Shown in pieces: positions 25,501 through 37,856 of a stretch of DNA of 64,000 bases. Where the stretch lies: assembly GCA_964057225.1 (NCBI GenBank), contig CAXKVF010000072.1, forward strand, positions 372,001-436,000, written 5' to 3'. Position 1 is the first letter of the stretch, and each line of letters begins with the position of its first letter. The notes beneath the pieces were generated by a model. That model was not told the origin of the DNA. It saw only the letters and a program-made list of their open reading frames with translations, and made no database searches. Origin of the DNA: Auanema rhodensis. Its lineage: Eukaryota > Animalia > Nematoda. The translations under genes were made by a program, and so were the position numbers.

Positions 25501-28500
25501 ATCACGTGTACATTTAATTAGCATAAATTAAAGTTCACGTAAATTTCAAAGTCATGGTTACCATGCACCAATATCAATAAAAATTTGTTTTTAGACTAAT
25601 ATGGACATGGGGAATCTAATTTTGAAAACCGCATCTCTTTATCTTTCACGTGAAGCGAGTTACATACCAAGTGCACATCACGTGTACATTTAATTAGCAT
25701 AAATTAAAGTTCACGTAAATTTCAAAGTCATGGTTACCATGAACCAATATCAATAAAAATTTGTTTTTAGACTAATATGGACATGGGGAATCTAATTTTG
25801 AAAACCGCATCTCTTTATCTTTCACGTGAAGCAAGTTACATACCAAGTGCACATCACGTGTACATTTAATTAGCATAAATTAAAGTTCACGTAAATTTCA
25901 AAGTCATAGTTACCATGCACCAATATCAATAAAAATTTGTTTTTAGACTAATATGGACATGGGGAATCTAATTTTGAAAACCGCATCTCTTTATCTTTCA
26001 CGTGAAGCGAGTTACATACCAAGTGCACATCACGTGTACATTTAATTAGCATAAATTAAAGTTCACGTAAATTTCAAAGTCATGGTTACCATGCACCAAT
26101 ATCAATAAAAATTTGTTTTTAGACTAATATGGACATGGGGAATCTAATTTTGGAAACCGCATCTCTTTATCTTTCACGTGAAGCGAGTTACATACCAAGT
26201 GCACATCACGTGTACATTTAATTAGCATAAATTAAAGTTCACGTAAATTTCAAAGTCATGGTTACCATGCACCAATATCAATAAAAATTTGTTTTTAGAC
26301 TAATATGGACATGGGGAATCTAATTTTGAAAACCGCATCTCTTTATCTTTCACGTGAAGCGAGTTACATACCAAGTGCACATCACGTGTACATTTAACTA
26401 GCATAAATTAAAGTTCACGTAAATTTCAAAGTCATGGTTACCATGAACCAATATCAATAAAAATTTGTTTTTAGACTAATATGGACATGGGGAATCTAAT
26501 TTTGAAAACCGCATCTCTTTATCTTTCACGTGAAGCAAGTTACATACCAAGTGCACATCACGTGTACATTTAATTAGCATAAATTAAAGTTCACGTAAAT
26601 TTCAAAGTCATAGTTACCATGCACCAATATCAATAAAAATTTGTTTTTAGACTAATATGGACATGGGGAATCTAATTTTGAAAACCGCATCTCTTTATCT
26701 TTCACGTGAAGCGAGTTACATACCAAGTGCACATCACGTGTACATTTAATTAGCATAAATTAAAGTTCACGTAAATTTCAAAGTCATGGTTACCATGAAC
26801 CAATATCAATAAAAATTTGTTTTTAGACTAATATGGACAAGGGGAATCTAATTTTGAAAACCGCATCTCTTTATCTTTCACGTGAAGCGAGTTACATACC
26901 AAGTGCACATCACGTGTACATTTAATTAGCATAAATTAAAGTTCACGTAAATTTCAAAGTCATGGTTACCATGAACCAATATCAATAAAAATTTGTTTTT
27001 AGACTAATATGGACATGGGGAATCTAATTTTGGAAACCGCATCTCTTCATCTTTCACGTGAAGCGAGTTACATACCAAGTGCACATCACGTGTACATTTA
27101 ATTAGCATAAATTAAAGTTCACGTAAATTTCAAAGTCATGGTTACCATGCACCAATATCAATAAAAATTTGTTTTTAGACTAATATGGACATGGGGAATC
27201 TAATTTTGAGAACCGCATCTCTTTATCTTTCACGTGAAGCGAGTTACATACCAAGTGCACATCACGTGTACATTTAATTAGCATAAATTAAAGTTCACGT
27301 AAATTTCAAAGTCATGGTTACCATGAACCAATATCAATAAAAATTTGTTTTTAGACTAATATGGACATGGGGAATCTAATTTTGAAAACCGCATCTCTTT
27401 ATCTTTCACGTGAAGCAAGTTACATACCAAGTGCACATCACGTGTACATTTAATTAGCATAAATTAAAGTTCACGTAAATTTCAAAGTCATAGTTACCAT
27501 GCACCAATATCAATAAAAATTTGTTTTTAGACTAATATGGACATGGGGAATCTAATTTTGAAAACCGCATCTCTTTATCTTTCACGTGAAGCGAGTTACA
27601 TACCAAGTGCACATCACGTGTACATTTAATTAGCATAAATTAAAGTTCACGTAAATTTCAAAGTCATGGTTACCATGCACCAATATCAATAAAAATTTGT
27701 TTTTAGACTAATATGGACATGGGGAATCTAATTTTGAAAACCGCATCTCTTTATCTTTCACGTGAAGCGAGTTACATACCAAGTGCACATCACGTGTACA
27801 TTTAATTAGCATAAATTAAAGTTCACGTAAATTTCAAAGTCATGGTTACCATGCACCAATATCAATAAAAATTTGTTTTTAGACTAATATGGACATGGGG
27901 AATCTAATTTTGAAAACCGCATCTCTTTATCTTTCACGTGAAGCGAGTTACATACCAAGTGCACATCACGTGTACATTTAATTAGCATAAATTAAAGTTC
28001 ACGTAAATTTCAAAGTCATGGTTACCATGAACCAATATCAATAAAAATTTGTTTTTAGACTAATATGGACAAGGGGAATCTAATTTTGAAAACCGCATCT
28101 CTTTATCTTTCACGTGAAGCGAGTTACATACCAAGTGCACATCACGTGTACATTTAATTAGCATAAATTAAAGTTCACGTAAATTTCAAAGTCATGGTTA
28201 CCATGCACCAATATCAATAAAAATTTGTTTTTAGACTAATATGGACATGGGGAATCTAATTTTGAAAACCGCATCTCTTCATCTTTCACGTGAAGCGAGT
28301 TACATACCAAGTGCACATCACGTGTACATTTAATTAGCATAAATTAAAGTTCACGTAAATTTCAAAGTCATGGTTACCATGCACCAATATCAATAAAAAT
28401 TTGTTTTTAGACTAATATGGACATGGGGAATCTAATTTTGAAAACCGCATCTCTTTATCTTTCACGTGAAGCGAGTTACATACCAAGTGCACATCACGTG

Positions 28501-31074
28501 TACATTTAATTAGCATAAATTAAAGTTCACGTAAATTTCAAAGTCATGGTTACCATGAACCAATATCAATAAAAATTTGTTTTTAGACTAATATGGACAT
28601 GGGGAATCTAATTTTGAAAACCGCATCTCTTTATCTTTCACGTGAAGCGAGTTACATACCAAGTGCACATCACGTGTACATTTAATTAGCATAAATTAAA
28701 GTTCACGTAAATTTCAAAGTCATGGTTACCATGCACCAATATCAATAAAAATTTGTTTTTAGACTAATATGGACATGGGGAATCTAATTTTGAAAACCGC
28801 ATCTCTTCATCTTTCACGTGAAGCGAGTTACATACCAAGTGCACATCACGTGTACATTTAATTAGCATAAATTAAAGTTCACGTAAATTTCAAAGTCATG
28901 GTTACCATGAACCAATATCAATAAAAATTTGTTTTTAGACTAATATGGACAAGGGGAATCTAATTTTGAAAACCGCATCTCTTTATCTTTCACGTGAAGC
29001 GAGTTACATACCAAGTGCACATCACGTGTACATTTAATTAGCATAAATTAAAGTTCACGTAAATTTCAAAGTCATGGTTACCATGCACCAATATCAATAA
29101 AAATTTGTTTTTAGACTAATATGGACATGGGGAATCTAATTTTGAAAACCGCATCTCTTCATCTTTCACGTGAAGCGAGTTACATACCAAGTGCACATCA
29201 CGTGTACATTTAATTAGCATAAATTAAAGTTCACGTAAATTTCAAAGTCATGGTTACCATGCACCAATATCAATAAAAATTTGTTTTTAGACTAATATGG
29301 ACATGGGGAATCTAATTTTGAAAACCGCATCTCTTTATCTTTCACGTGAAGCGAGTTACATACCAAGTGCACATCACGTGTACATTTAATTAGCATAAAT
29401 TAAAGTTCACGTAAATTTCAAAGTCATGGTTACCATGAACCAATATCAATAAAAATTTGTTTTTAGACTAATATGGACATGGGGAATCTAATTTTGAAAA
29501 CCGCATCTCTTTATCTTTCACGTGAAGCGAGTTACATACCAAGTGCACATCACGTGTACATTTAATTAGCATAAATTAAAGTTCACGTAAATTTCAAAGT
29601 CATGGTTACCATGCACCAATATCAATAAAAATTTGTTTTTAGACTAATATGGACATGGGGAATCTAATTTTGAAAACCGCATCTCTTTATCTTTCACGTG
29701 AAGCAAGTTACATACCAAGTGCACATCACGTGTACATTTAATTAGCATAAATTAAAGTTCACGTAAATTTCAAAGTCATAGTTACCATGCACCAATATCA
29801 ATAAAAATTTGTTTTTAGACTAATATGGACATGGGGAATCTAATTTTGAAAACCGCATCTCTTTATCTTTCACGTGAAGCGAGTTACATACCAAGTGCAC
29901 ATCACGTGTACATTTAATTAGCATAAATTAAAGTTCACGTAAATTTCAAAGTCATGGTTACCATGCACCAATATCAATAAAAATTTGTTTTTAGACTAAT
30001 ATGGACATGGGGAATCTAATTTTGAAAACCGCATCTCTTTATCTTTCACGTGAAGCGAGTTACATACCAAGTGCTCATCACGTGTACATTTAATTAGCAT
30101 AAATTAAAGTTCACGTAAATTTCAAAGTCATGGTTACCATGCACCAATATCAATAAAAATTTGTTTTTAGACTAATATGGACTTGGGGAATCTAATTTTG
30201 AAAACCGCATCTCTTTATCTTTCACGTGAAGCGAGTTACATACCAAGTGCACATCACGTGTACATTTAATTAGCATAAATTAAAGTTCACGTAAATTTCA
30301 AAGTCATGGTTACCACGCACCAATATCAATAAAATTTTGTTTTTAGACTAATATGGACATGGGGAATCTAATTTTGAAAACCGCATCTCTTTATCTTTCA
30401 CGTGAAGCGAGTTACATACCAAGTGCACATCACGTGTACATTTAATTAGCATAAATTAAAGTTCACGTAAATTTCAAAGTCATGGTTACCATGAACCAAT
30501 ATCAATAAAAATTTGTTTTTAGACTAATATGGACAAGGGGAATCTAATTTTGAAAACCGCATCTCTTTATCTTTCACGTGAAGCGAGTTACATACCAAGT
30601 GCACATCACGTGTACATTTAATTAGCATAAATTAAAGTTCACGTAAATTTCAAAGTCATGGTTACCATGCACCAATATCAATAAAAATTTGTTTTTAGAC
30701 TAATATGGACATGGGGAATCTAATTTTGAAAACCGCATCTCTTTATCTTTCACGTGAAGCGAGTTACATACCAAGTGCACATCACGTGTACATTTAATTA
30801 GCATAAATTAAAGTTCACGTAAATTTCAAAGTCATGGTTACCATGAACCAATATCAATAAAAATTTGTTTTTAGACTAATATGGACATGGGGAATCTAAT
30901 TTTGAAAACCGCATCTCTTCATCTTTCACGTGAAGCGAGTTACATACCAAGTGCACATCACGTGTACATTTAATTAGCATAAATTAAAGTTCACGTAAAT
31001 TTCAAAGTCATGGTTACCATGCACCAATATCAATAAAAATTTGTTTTTAGACTAATATGGACATGGGGAATCTA

Positions 31075-31106
31075 TTTTGATTTTAGTTTAGTTTATTTTT
31101 TGGTTT
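31075..31106 (+). other. 32-bp T-rich insertion in satellite monomer, copy 1 (208-bp monomer 30977-31184)
   Basis: GGGGAATCTA[TTTTGATTTTAGTTTAGTTTATTTTTTGGTTT]ATTTTGAAAACC replaces the normal GGGGAATCTAATTTTGAAAACC. The next monomer starts at 31185, 208 bp later. Confidence 0.97.
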
Positions 31107-34098
31107 ATTTTGAAAACCGCATCTCTTTATCTTTCACGTGAAGCGAGTTACATACCAAGTGCACATCACGTGTACATTTAATTAGCATAAATTAAAGTTC
31201 ACGTAAATTTCAAAGTCATGGTTACCATGCACCAATATCAATAAAAATTTGTTTTTAGACTAATATGGACATGGGGAATCTAATTTTGAAAACCGCATCT
31301 CTTTATCTTTCACGTGAAGCGAGTTACATACCAAGTGCACATCACGTGTACATTTAATTAGCATAAATTAAAGTTCACGTAAATTTCAAAGTCATGGTTA
31401 CCATGCACCAATATCAATAAAAATTTGTTTTTAGACTAATATGGACATGGGGAATCTAATTTTGAAAACCGCATCTCTTTATCTTTCACGTGAAGCGAGT
31501 TACATACCAAGTGCACATCACGTGTACATTTAATTAGCATAAATTAAAGTTCACGTAAATTTCAAAGTCATAGTTACCATGCACCAATATCAATAAAAAT
31601 TTGTTTTTAGACTAATATGGACATGGGGAATCTAATTTTGAAAACCGCATCTCTTTATCTTTCACGTGAAGCGAGTTACATACCAAGTGCACATCACGTG
31701 TACATTTAATTAGCATAAATTAAAGTTCACGTAAATTTCAAAGTCATGGTTACCATGCACCAATATCAATAAAAATTTGTTTTTAGACTAATATGGACTT
31801 GGGGAATCTAATTTTGAAAACCGCATCTCTTTATCTTTCACGTGAAGCGAGTTACATACCAAGTGCACATCACGTGTACATTTAATTAGCATAAATTAAA
31901 GTTCACGTAAATTTCAAAGTCATGGTTACCACGCACCAATATCAATAAAAATTTGTTTTTAGACTAATATGGACATGGGGAATCTAATTTTGAAAACCGC
32001 ATCTCTTTATCTTTCACGTGAAGCGAGTTACATACCAAGTGCACATCACGTGTACATTTAATTAGCATAAATTAAAGTTCACGTAAATTTCAAAGTCATG
32101 GTTACCATGAACCAATATCAATAAAAATTTGTTTTTAGACTAATATGGACAAGGGGAATCTAATTTTGAAAACCGCATCTCTTTATCTTTCACGTGAAGC
32201 GAGTTACATACCAAGTGCACATCACGTGTACATTTAATTAGCATAAATTAAAGTTCACGTAAATTTCAAAGTCATGGTTACCATGCACCAATATCAATAA
32301 AAATTTGTTTTTAGACTAATATGGACATGGGGAATCTAATTTTGAAAACCGCATCTCTTTATCTTTCACGTGAAGCGAGTTACATACCAAGTGCACATCA
32401 CGTGTACATTTAATTAGCATAAATTAAAGTTCACGTAAATTTCAAAGTCATGGTTACCATGAACCAATATCAATAAAAATTTGTTTTTAGACTAATATGG
32501 ACATGGGGAATCTAATTTTGAAAACCGCATCTCTTTATCTTTCACGTGAAGCGAGTTACATACCAAGTGCACATCACGTGTACATTTAATTAGCATAAAT
32601 TAAAGTTCACGTAAATTTCAAAGTCATGGTTACCATGCACCAATATCAATAAAAATTTGTTTTTAGACTAATATGGACATGGGGAATCTAATTTTGAAAA
32701 CCGCATCTCTTTATCTTTCACGTGAAGCAAGTTACATACCAAGTGCACATCACGTGTACATTTAATTAGCATAAATTAAAGTTCACGTAAATTTCAAAGT
32801 CATAGTTACCATGCACCAATATCAATAAAAATTTGTTTTTAGACTAATATGGACATGGGGAATCTAATTTTGAAAACCGCATCTCTTTATCTTTCACGTG
32901 AAGCGAGTTACATACCAAGTGCACATCACGTGTACATTTAATTAGCATAAATTAAAGTTCACGTAAATTTCAAAGTCATGGTTACCATGCACCAATATCA
33001 ATAAAAATTTGTTTTTAGACTAATATGGACATGGGGAATCTAATTTTGAAAACCGCATCTCTTTATCTTTCACGTGAAGCGAGTTACATACCAAGTGCTC
33101 ATCACGTGTACATTTAATTAGCATAAATTAAAGTTCACGTAAATTTCAAAGTCATGGTTACCATGCACCAATATCAATAAAAATTTGTTTTTAGACTAAT
33201 ATGGACTTGGGGAATCTAATTTTGAAAACCGCATCTCTTTATCTTTCACGTGAAGCGAGTTACATACCAAGTGCACATCACGTGTACATTTAATTAGCAT
33301 AAATTAAAGTTCACGTAAATTTCAAAGTCATGGTTACCACGCACCAATATCAATAAAATTTTGTTTTTAGACTAATATGGACATGGGGAATCTAATTTTG
33401 AAAACCGCATCTCTTTATCTTTCACGTGAAGCGAGTTACATACCAAGTGCACATCACGTGTACATTTAATTAGCATAAATTAAAGTTCACGTAAATTTCA
33501 AAGTCATGGTTACCATGAACCAATATCAATAAAAATTTGTTTTTAGACTAATATGGACAAGGGGAATCTAATTTTGAAAACCGCATCTCTTTATCTTTCA
33601 CGTGAAGCGAGTTACATACCAAGTGCACATCACGTGTACATTTAATTAGCATAAATTAAAGTTCACGTAAATTTCAAAGTCATGGTTACCATGCACCAAT
33701 ATCAATAAAAATTTGTTTTTAGACTAATATGGACATGGGGAATCTAATTTTGAAAACCGCATCTCTTTATCTTTCACGTGAAGCGAGTTACATACCAAGT
33801 GCACATCACGTGTACATTTAATTAGCATAAATTAAAGTTCACGTAAATTTCAAAGTCATGGTTACCATGAACCAATATCAATAAAAATTTGTTTTTAGAC
33901 TAATATGGACATGGGGAATCTAATTTTGAAAACCGCATCTCTTCATCTTTCACGTGAAGCGAGTTACATACCAAGTGCACATCACGTGTACATTTAATTA
34001 GCATAAATTAAAGTTCACGTAAATTTCAAAGTCATGGTTACCATGCACCAATATCAATAAAAATTTGTTTTTAGACTAATATGGACATGGGGAATCTA

Positions 34099-34130
34099 TT
34101 TTGATTTTAGTTTAGTTTATTTTTTGGTTT
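34099..34130 (+). other. 32-bp T-rich insertion, copy 2 (monomer starting 34001)
   Basis: Same 32-mer at the same monomer position (after position 98). Confidence 0.97.
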
Positions 34131-34834
34131 ATTTTGAAAACCGCATCTCTTTATCTTTCACGTGAAGCGAGTTACATACCAAGTGCACATCACGTGTACA
34201 TTTAATTAGCATAAATTAAAGTTCACGTAAATTTCAAAGTCATGGTTACCATGCACCAATATCAATAAAAATTTGTTTTTAGACTAATATGGACATGGGG
34301 AATCTAATTTTGAAAACCGCATCTCTTTATCTTTCACGTGAAGCGAGTTACATACCAAGTGCACATCACGTGTACATTTAATTAGCATAAATTAAAGTTC
34401 ACGTAAATTTCAAAGTCATGGTTACCATGCACCAATATCAATAAAAATTTGTTTTTAGACTAATATGGACATGGGGAATCTAATTTTGAAAACCGCATCT
34501 CTTTATCTTTCACGTGAAGCGAGTTACATACCAAGTGCACATCACGTGTACATTTAATTAGCATAAATTAAAGTTCACGTAAATTTCAAAGTCATGGTTA
34601 CCATGCACCAATATCAATAAAAATTTGTTTTTAGACTAATATGGACATGAGGAATCTAATTTTGAAAACCGCATCTCTTTATCTTTCACGTGAAGCGAGT
34701 TACATACCGAGTGCACATCACGTGTACATTTAATTAGCATAAATTAAAGTTCACGTAAATTTCAAAGTCATGGTTACCATGCACCAATATCAATAAAAAT
34801 TTGTTTTTAGACTAATATGGACATGGGGAATCTA

Positions 34835-34866
34835 TTTTGATTTTAGTTTAGTTTATTTTTTGGTTT
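34835..34866 (+). other. 32-bp T-rich insertion, copy 3 (monomer starting 34737)
   Basis: Same 32-mer at the same monomer position. Confidence 0.97.
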
Positions 34867-35746
34867 ATTTTGAAAACCGCATCTCTTTATCTTTCACGTG
34901 AAGCGAGTTACATACCAAGTGCACATCACGTGTACATTTAATTAGCATAAATTAAAGTTCACGTAAATTTCAAAGTCATGGTTACCATGCACCAATATCA
35001 ATAAAAATTTGTTTTTAGACTAATTTGGACATGGGGAATCTAATTTTGAAAACCGCATCTCTTTATCTTTCACGTGAAGCGAGTTACATACCAAGTGCAC
35101 ATCACGTGTACATTTAATTAGCATAAATTAAAGTTCACGTAAATTTCAAAGTCATGGTTACCATGAACCAATATCAATAAAAATTTGTTTTTAGACTAAT
35201 ATGGACATGGGGAATCTAATTTTGAAAACCGCATCTCTTTATCTTTCACGTGAAGCAAGTTACATACCAAGTGCACATCACGTGTACATTTAATTAGCAT
35301 AAATTAAAGTTCACGTAAATTTCAAAGTCATAGTTACCATGCACCAATATCAATAAAAATTTGTTTTTAGACTAATATGGACATGGGGAATCTAATTTTG
35401 AAAACCGCATCTCTTTATCTTTCACGTGAAGCGAGTTACATACCAAGTGCACATCACGTGTACATTTAATTAGCATAAATTAAAGTTCACGTAAATTTCA
35501 AAGTCATGGTTACCATGCACCAATATCAATAAAAATTTGTTTTTAGACTAATATGGACATGGGGAATCTAATTTTGAAAACCGCATCTCTTTATCTTTCA
35601 CGTGAAGCGAGTTACATACCAAGTGCACATCACGTGTACATTTAATTAGCATAAATTAAAGTTCACGTAAATTTCAAAGTCATGGTTACCATGCACCAAT
35701 ATCAATAAAAATTTGTTTTTAGACTAATATGGACATGGGGAATCTA

Positions 35747-35778
35747 TTTTGATTTTAGTTTAGTTTATTTTTTGGTTT
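35747..35778 (+). other. 32-bp T-rich insertion, copy 4 (monomer starting 35649)
   Basis: Same 32-mer at the same monomer position. Confidence 0.97.
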
Positions 35779-36834
35779 ATTTTGAAAACCGCATCTCTTT
35801 ATCTTTCACGTGAAGCGAGTTACATACCAAGTGCACATCACGTGTACATTTAATTAGCATAAATTAAAGTTCACGTAAATTTCAAAGTCATGGTTACCAT
35901 GCACCAATATCAATAAAAATTTGTTTTTAGACTAATATGGACTTGGGGAATCTAATTTTGAAAACCGCATCTCTTTATCTTTCACGTGAAGCGAGTTACA
36001 TACCAAGTGCACATCACGTGTACATTTAATTAGCATAAATTAAAGTTCACGTAAATTTCAAAGTCATGGTTACCACGCACCAATATCAATAAAAATTTGT
36101 TTTTAGACTAATATGGACATGGGAAATCTAATTTTGAAAACCGCATCTCTTTATCTTTCACGTGAAGCGAGTTACATACCAAGTGCACATCACGTGTACA
36201 TTTAATTAGCATAAATTAAAGTTCACGTAAATTTCAAAGTCATGGTTACCATGAACCAATATCAATAAAAATTTGTTTTTAGACTAATATGGACAAGGGG
36301 AATCTAATTTTGAAAACCGCATCTCTTTATCTTTCACGTGAAGCGAGTTACATACCAAGTGCACATCACGTGTACATTTAATTAGCATAAATTAAAGTTC
36401 ACGTAAATTTCAAAGTCATGGTTACCATGCACCAATATCAATAAAAATTTGTTTTTAGACTAATATGGACATGGGGAATCTAATTTTGAAAACCGCATCT
36501 CTTTATCTTTCACGTGAAGCGAGTTACATACCAAGTGCACATCACGTGTACATTTAATTAGCATAAATTAAAGTTCACGTAAATTTCAAAGTCATGGTTA
36601 CCATGAACCAATATCAATAAAAATTTGTTTTTAGACTAATATGGACATGGGGAATCTAATTTTGAAAACCGCATCTCTTCATCTTTCACGTGAAGCGAGT
36701 TACATACCAAGTGCACATCACGTGTACATTTAATTAGCATAAATTAAAGTTCACGTAAATTTCAAAGTCATGGTTACCATGCACCAATATCAATAAAAAT
36801 TTGTTTTTAGACTAATATGGACATGGGGAATCTA

Positions 36835-36866
36835 TTTTGATTTTAGTTTAGTTTATTTTTTGGTTT
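36835..36866 (+). other. 32-bp T-rich insertion, copy 5 (monomer starting 36737)
   Basis: Same 32-mer at the same monomer position. Confidence 0.97.
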
Positions 36867-37570
36867 ATTTTGAAAACCGCATCTCTTTATCTTTCACGTG
36901 AAGCGAGTTACATACCAAGTGCACATCACGTGTACATTTAATTAGCATAAATTAAAGTTCACGTAAATTTCAAAGTCATGGTTACCATGCACCAATATCA
37001 ATAAAAATTTGTTTTTAGACTAATATGGACATGGGGAATCTAATTTTGAAAACCGCATCTCTTTATCTTTCACGTGAAGCGAGTTACATACCAAGTGCAC
37101 ATCACGTGTACATTTAATTAGCATAAATTAAAGTTCACGTAAATTTCAAAGTCATGGTTACCATGCACCAATATCAATAAAAATTTGTTTTTAGACTAAT
37201 ATGGACATGGGGAATCTAATTTTGAAAACCGCATCTCTTTATCTTTCACGTGAAGCGAGTTACATACCAAGTGCACATCACGTGTACATTTAATTAGCAT
37301 AAATTAAAGTTCACGTAAATTTCAAAGTCATGGTTACCATGCACCAATATCAATAAAAATTTGTTTTTAGACTAATATGGACATGAGGAATCTAATTTTG
37401 AAAACCGCATCTCTTTATCTTTCACGTGAAGCGAGTTACATACCGAGTGCACATCACGTGTACATTTAATTAGCATAAATTAAAGTTCACGTAAATTTCA
37501 AAGTCATGGTTACCATGCACCAATATCAATAAAAATTTGTTTTTAGACTAATATGGACATGGGGAATCTA

Positions 37571-37602
37571 TTTTGATTTTAGTTTAGTTTATTTTTTGGT
37601 TT
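37571..37602 (+). other. 32-bp T-rich insertion, copy 6 (monomer starting 37473)
   Basis: Same 32-mer at the same monomer position. The next monomer starts at 37681. Confidence 0.97.
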
Positions 37603-37856
37603 ATTTTGAAAACCGCATCTCTTTATCTTTCACGTGAAGCGAGTTACATACCAAGTGCACATCACGTGTACATTTAATTAGCATAAATTAAAGTTCACGT
37701 AAATTTCAAAGTCATGGTTACCATGCACCAATATCAATAAAAATTTGTTTTTAGACTAATATGGACATGGGGAATCTAATTTTGAAAACCGCATCTCTTT
37801 ATCTTTCACGTGAAGCGAGTTACATACCAAGTGCACATCACGTGTACATTTAATTA

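Larger units (their letters stand above)
29217..34560 (+). repeat. 13-monomer block duplication carrying the insertion monomer: 29217-31536 and 32241-34560 (offset 3024 bp)
   Basis: Shared ordered variants: cons, C46A, G137A, G36A, A155T, A87T, T44C+A63T, C46A+T88A, cons, C46A+T120C, insertion, cons, cons. Confidence 0.87.
33121..37680 (+). repeat. 10-monomer block duplication with two insertion monomers: 33121-34944 and 35857-37680 (offset 2736 bp)
   Basis: Shared order: A87T, T44C, C46A+T88A, cons, C46A+T120C, insertion, cons, cons, G90A+A149G, insertion. Confidence 0.85.

Noticed and set aside
31075-31106. Telomerase-added (interstitial telomeric) repeat as the source of the insertion (TTTAG-TTTAG)
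   Set aside because: There are only two TTTAG units and no TTAGG, TTAGGG or TTTAGGG unit. The remainder is irregular, so it cannot be supported without knowing the host telomere motif.
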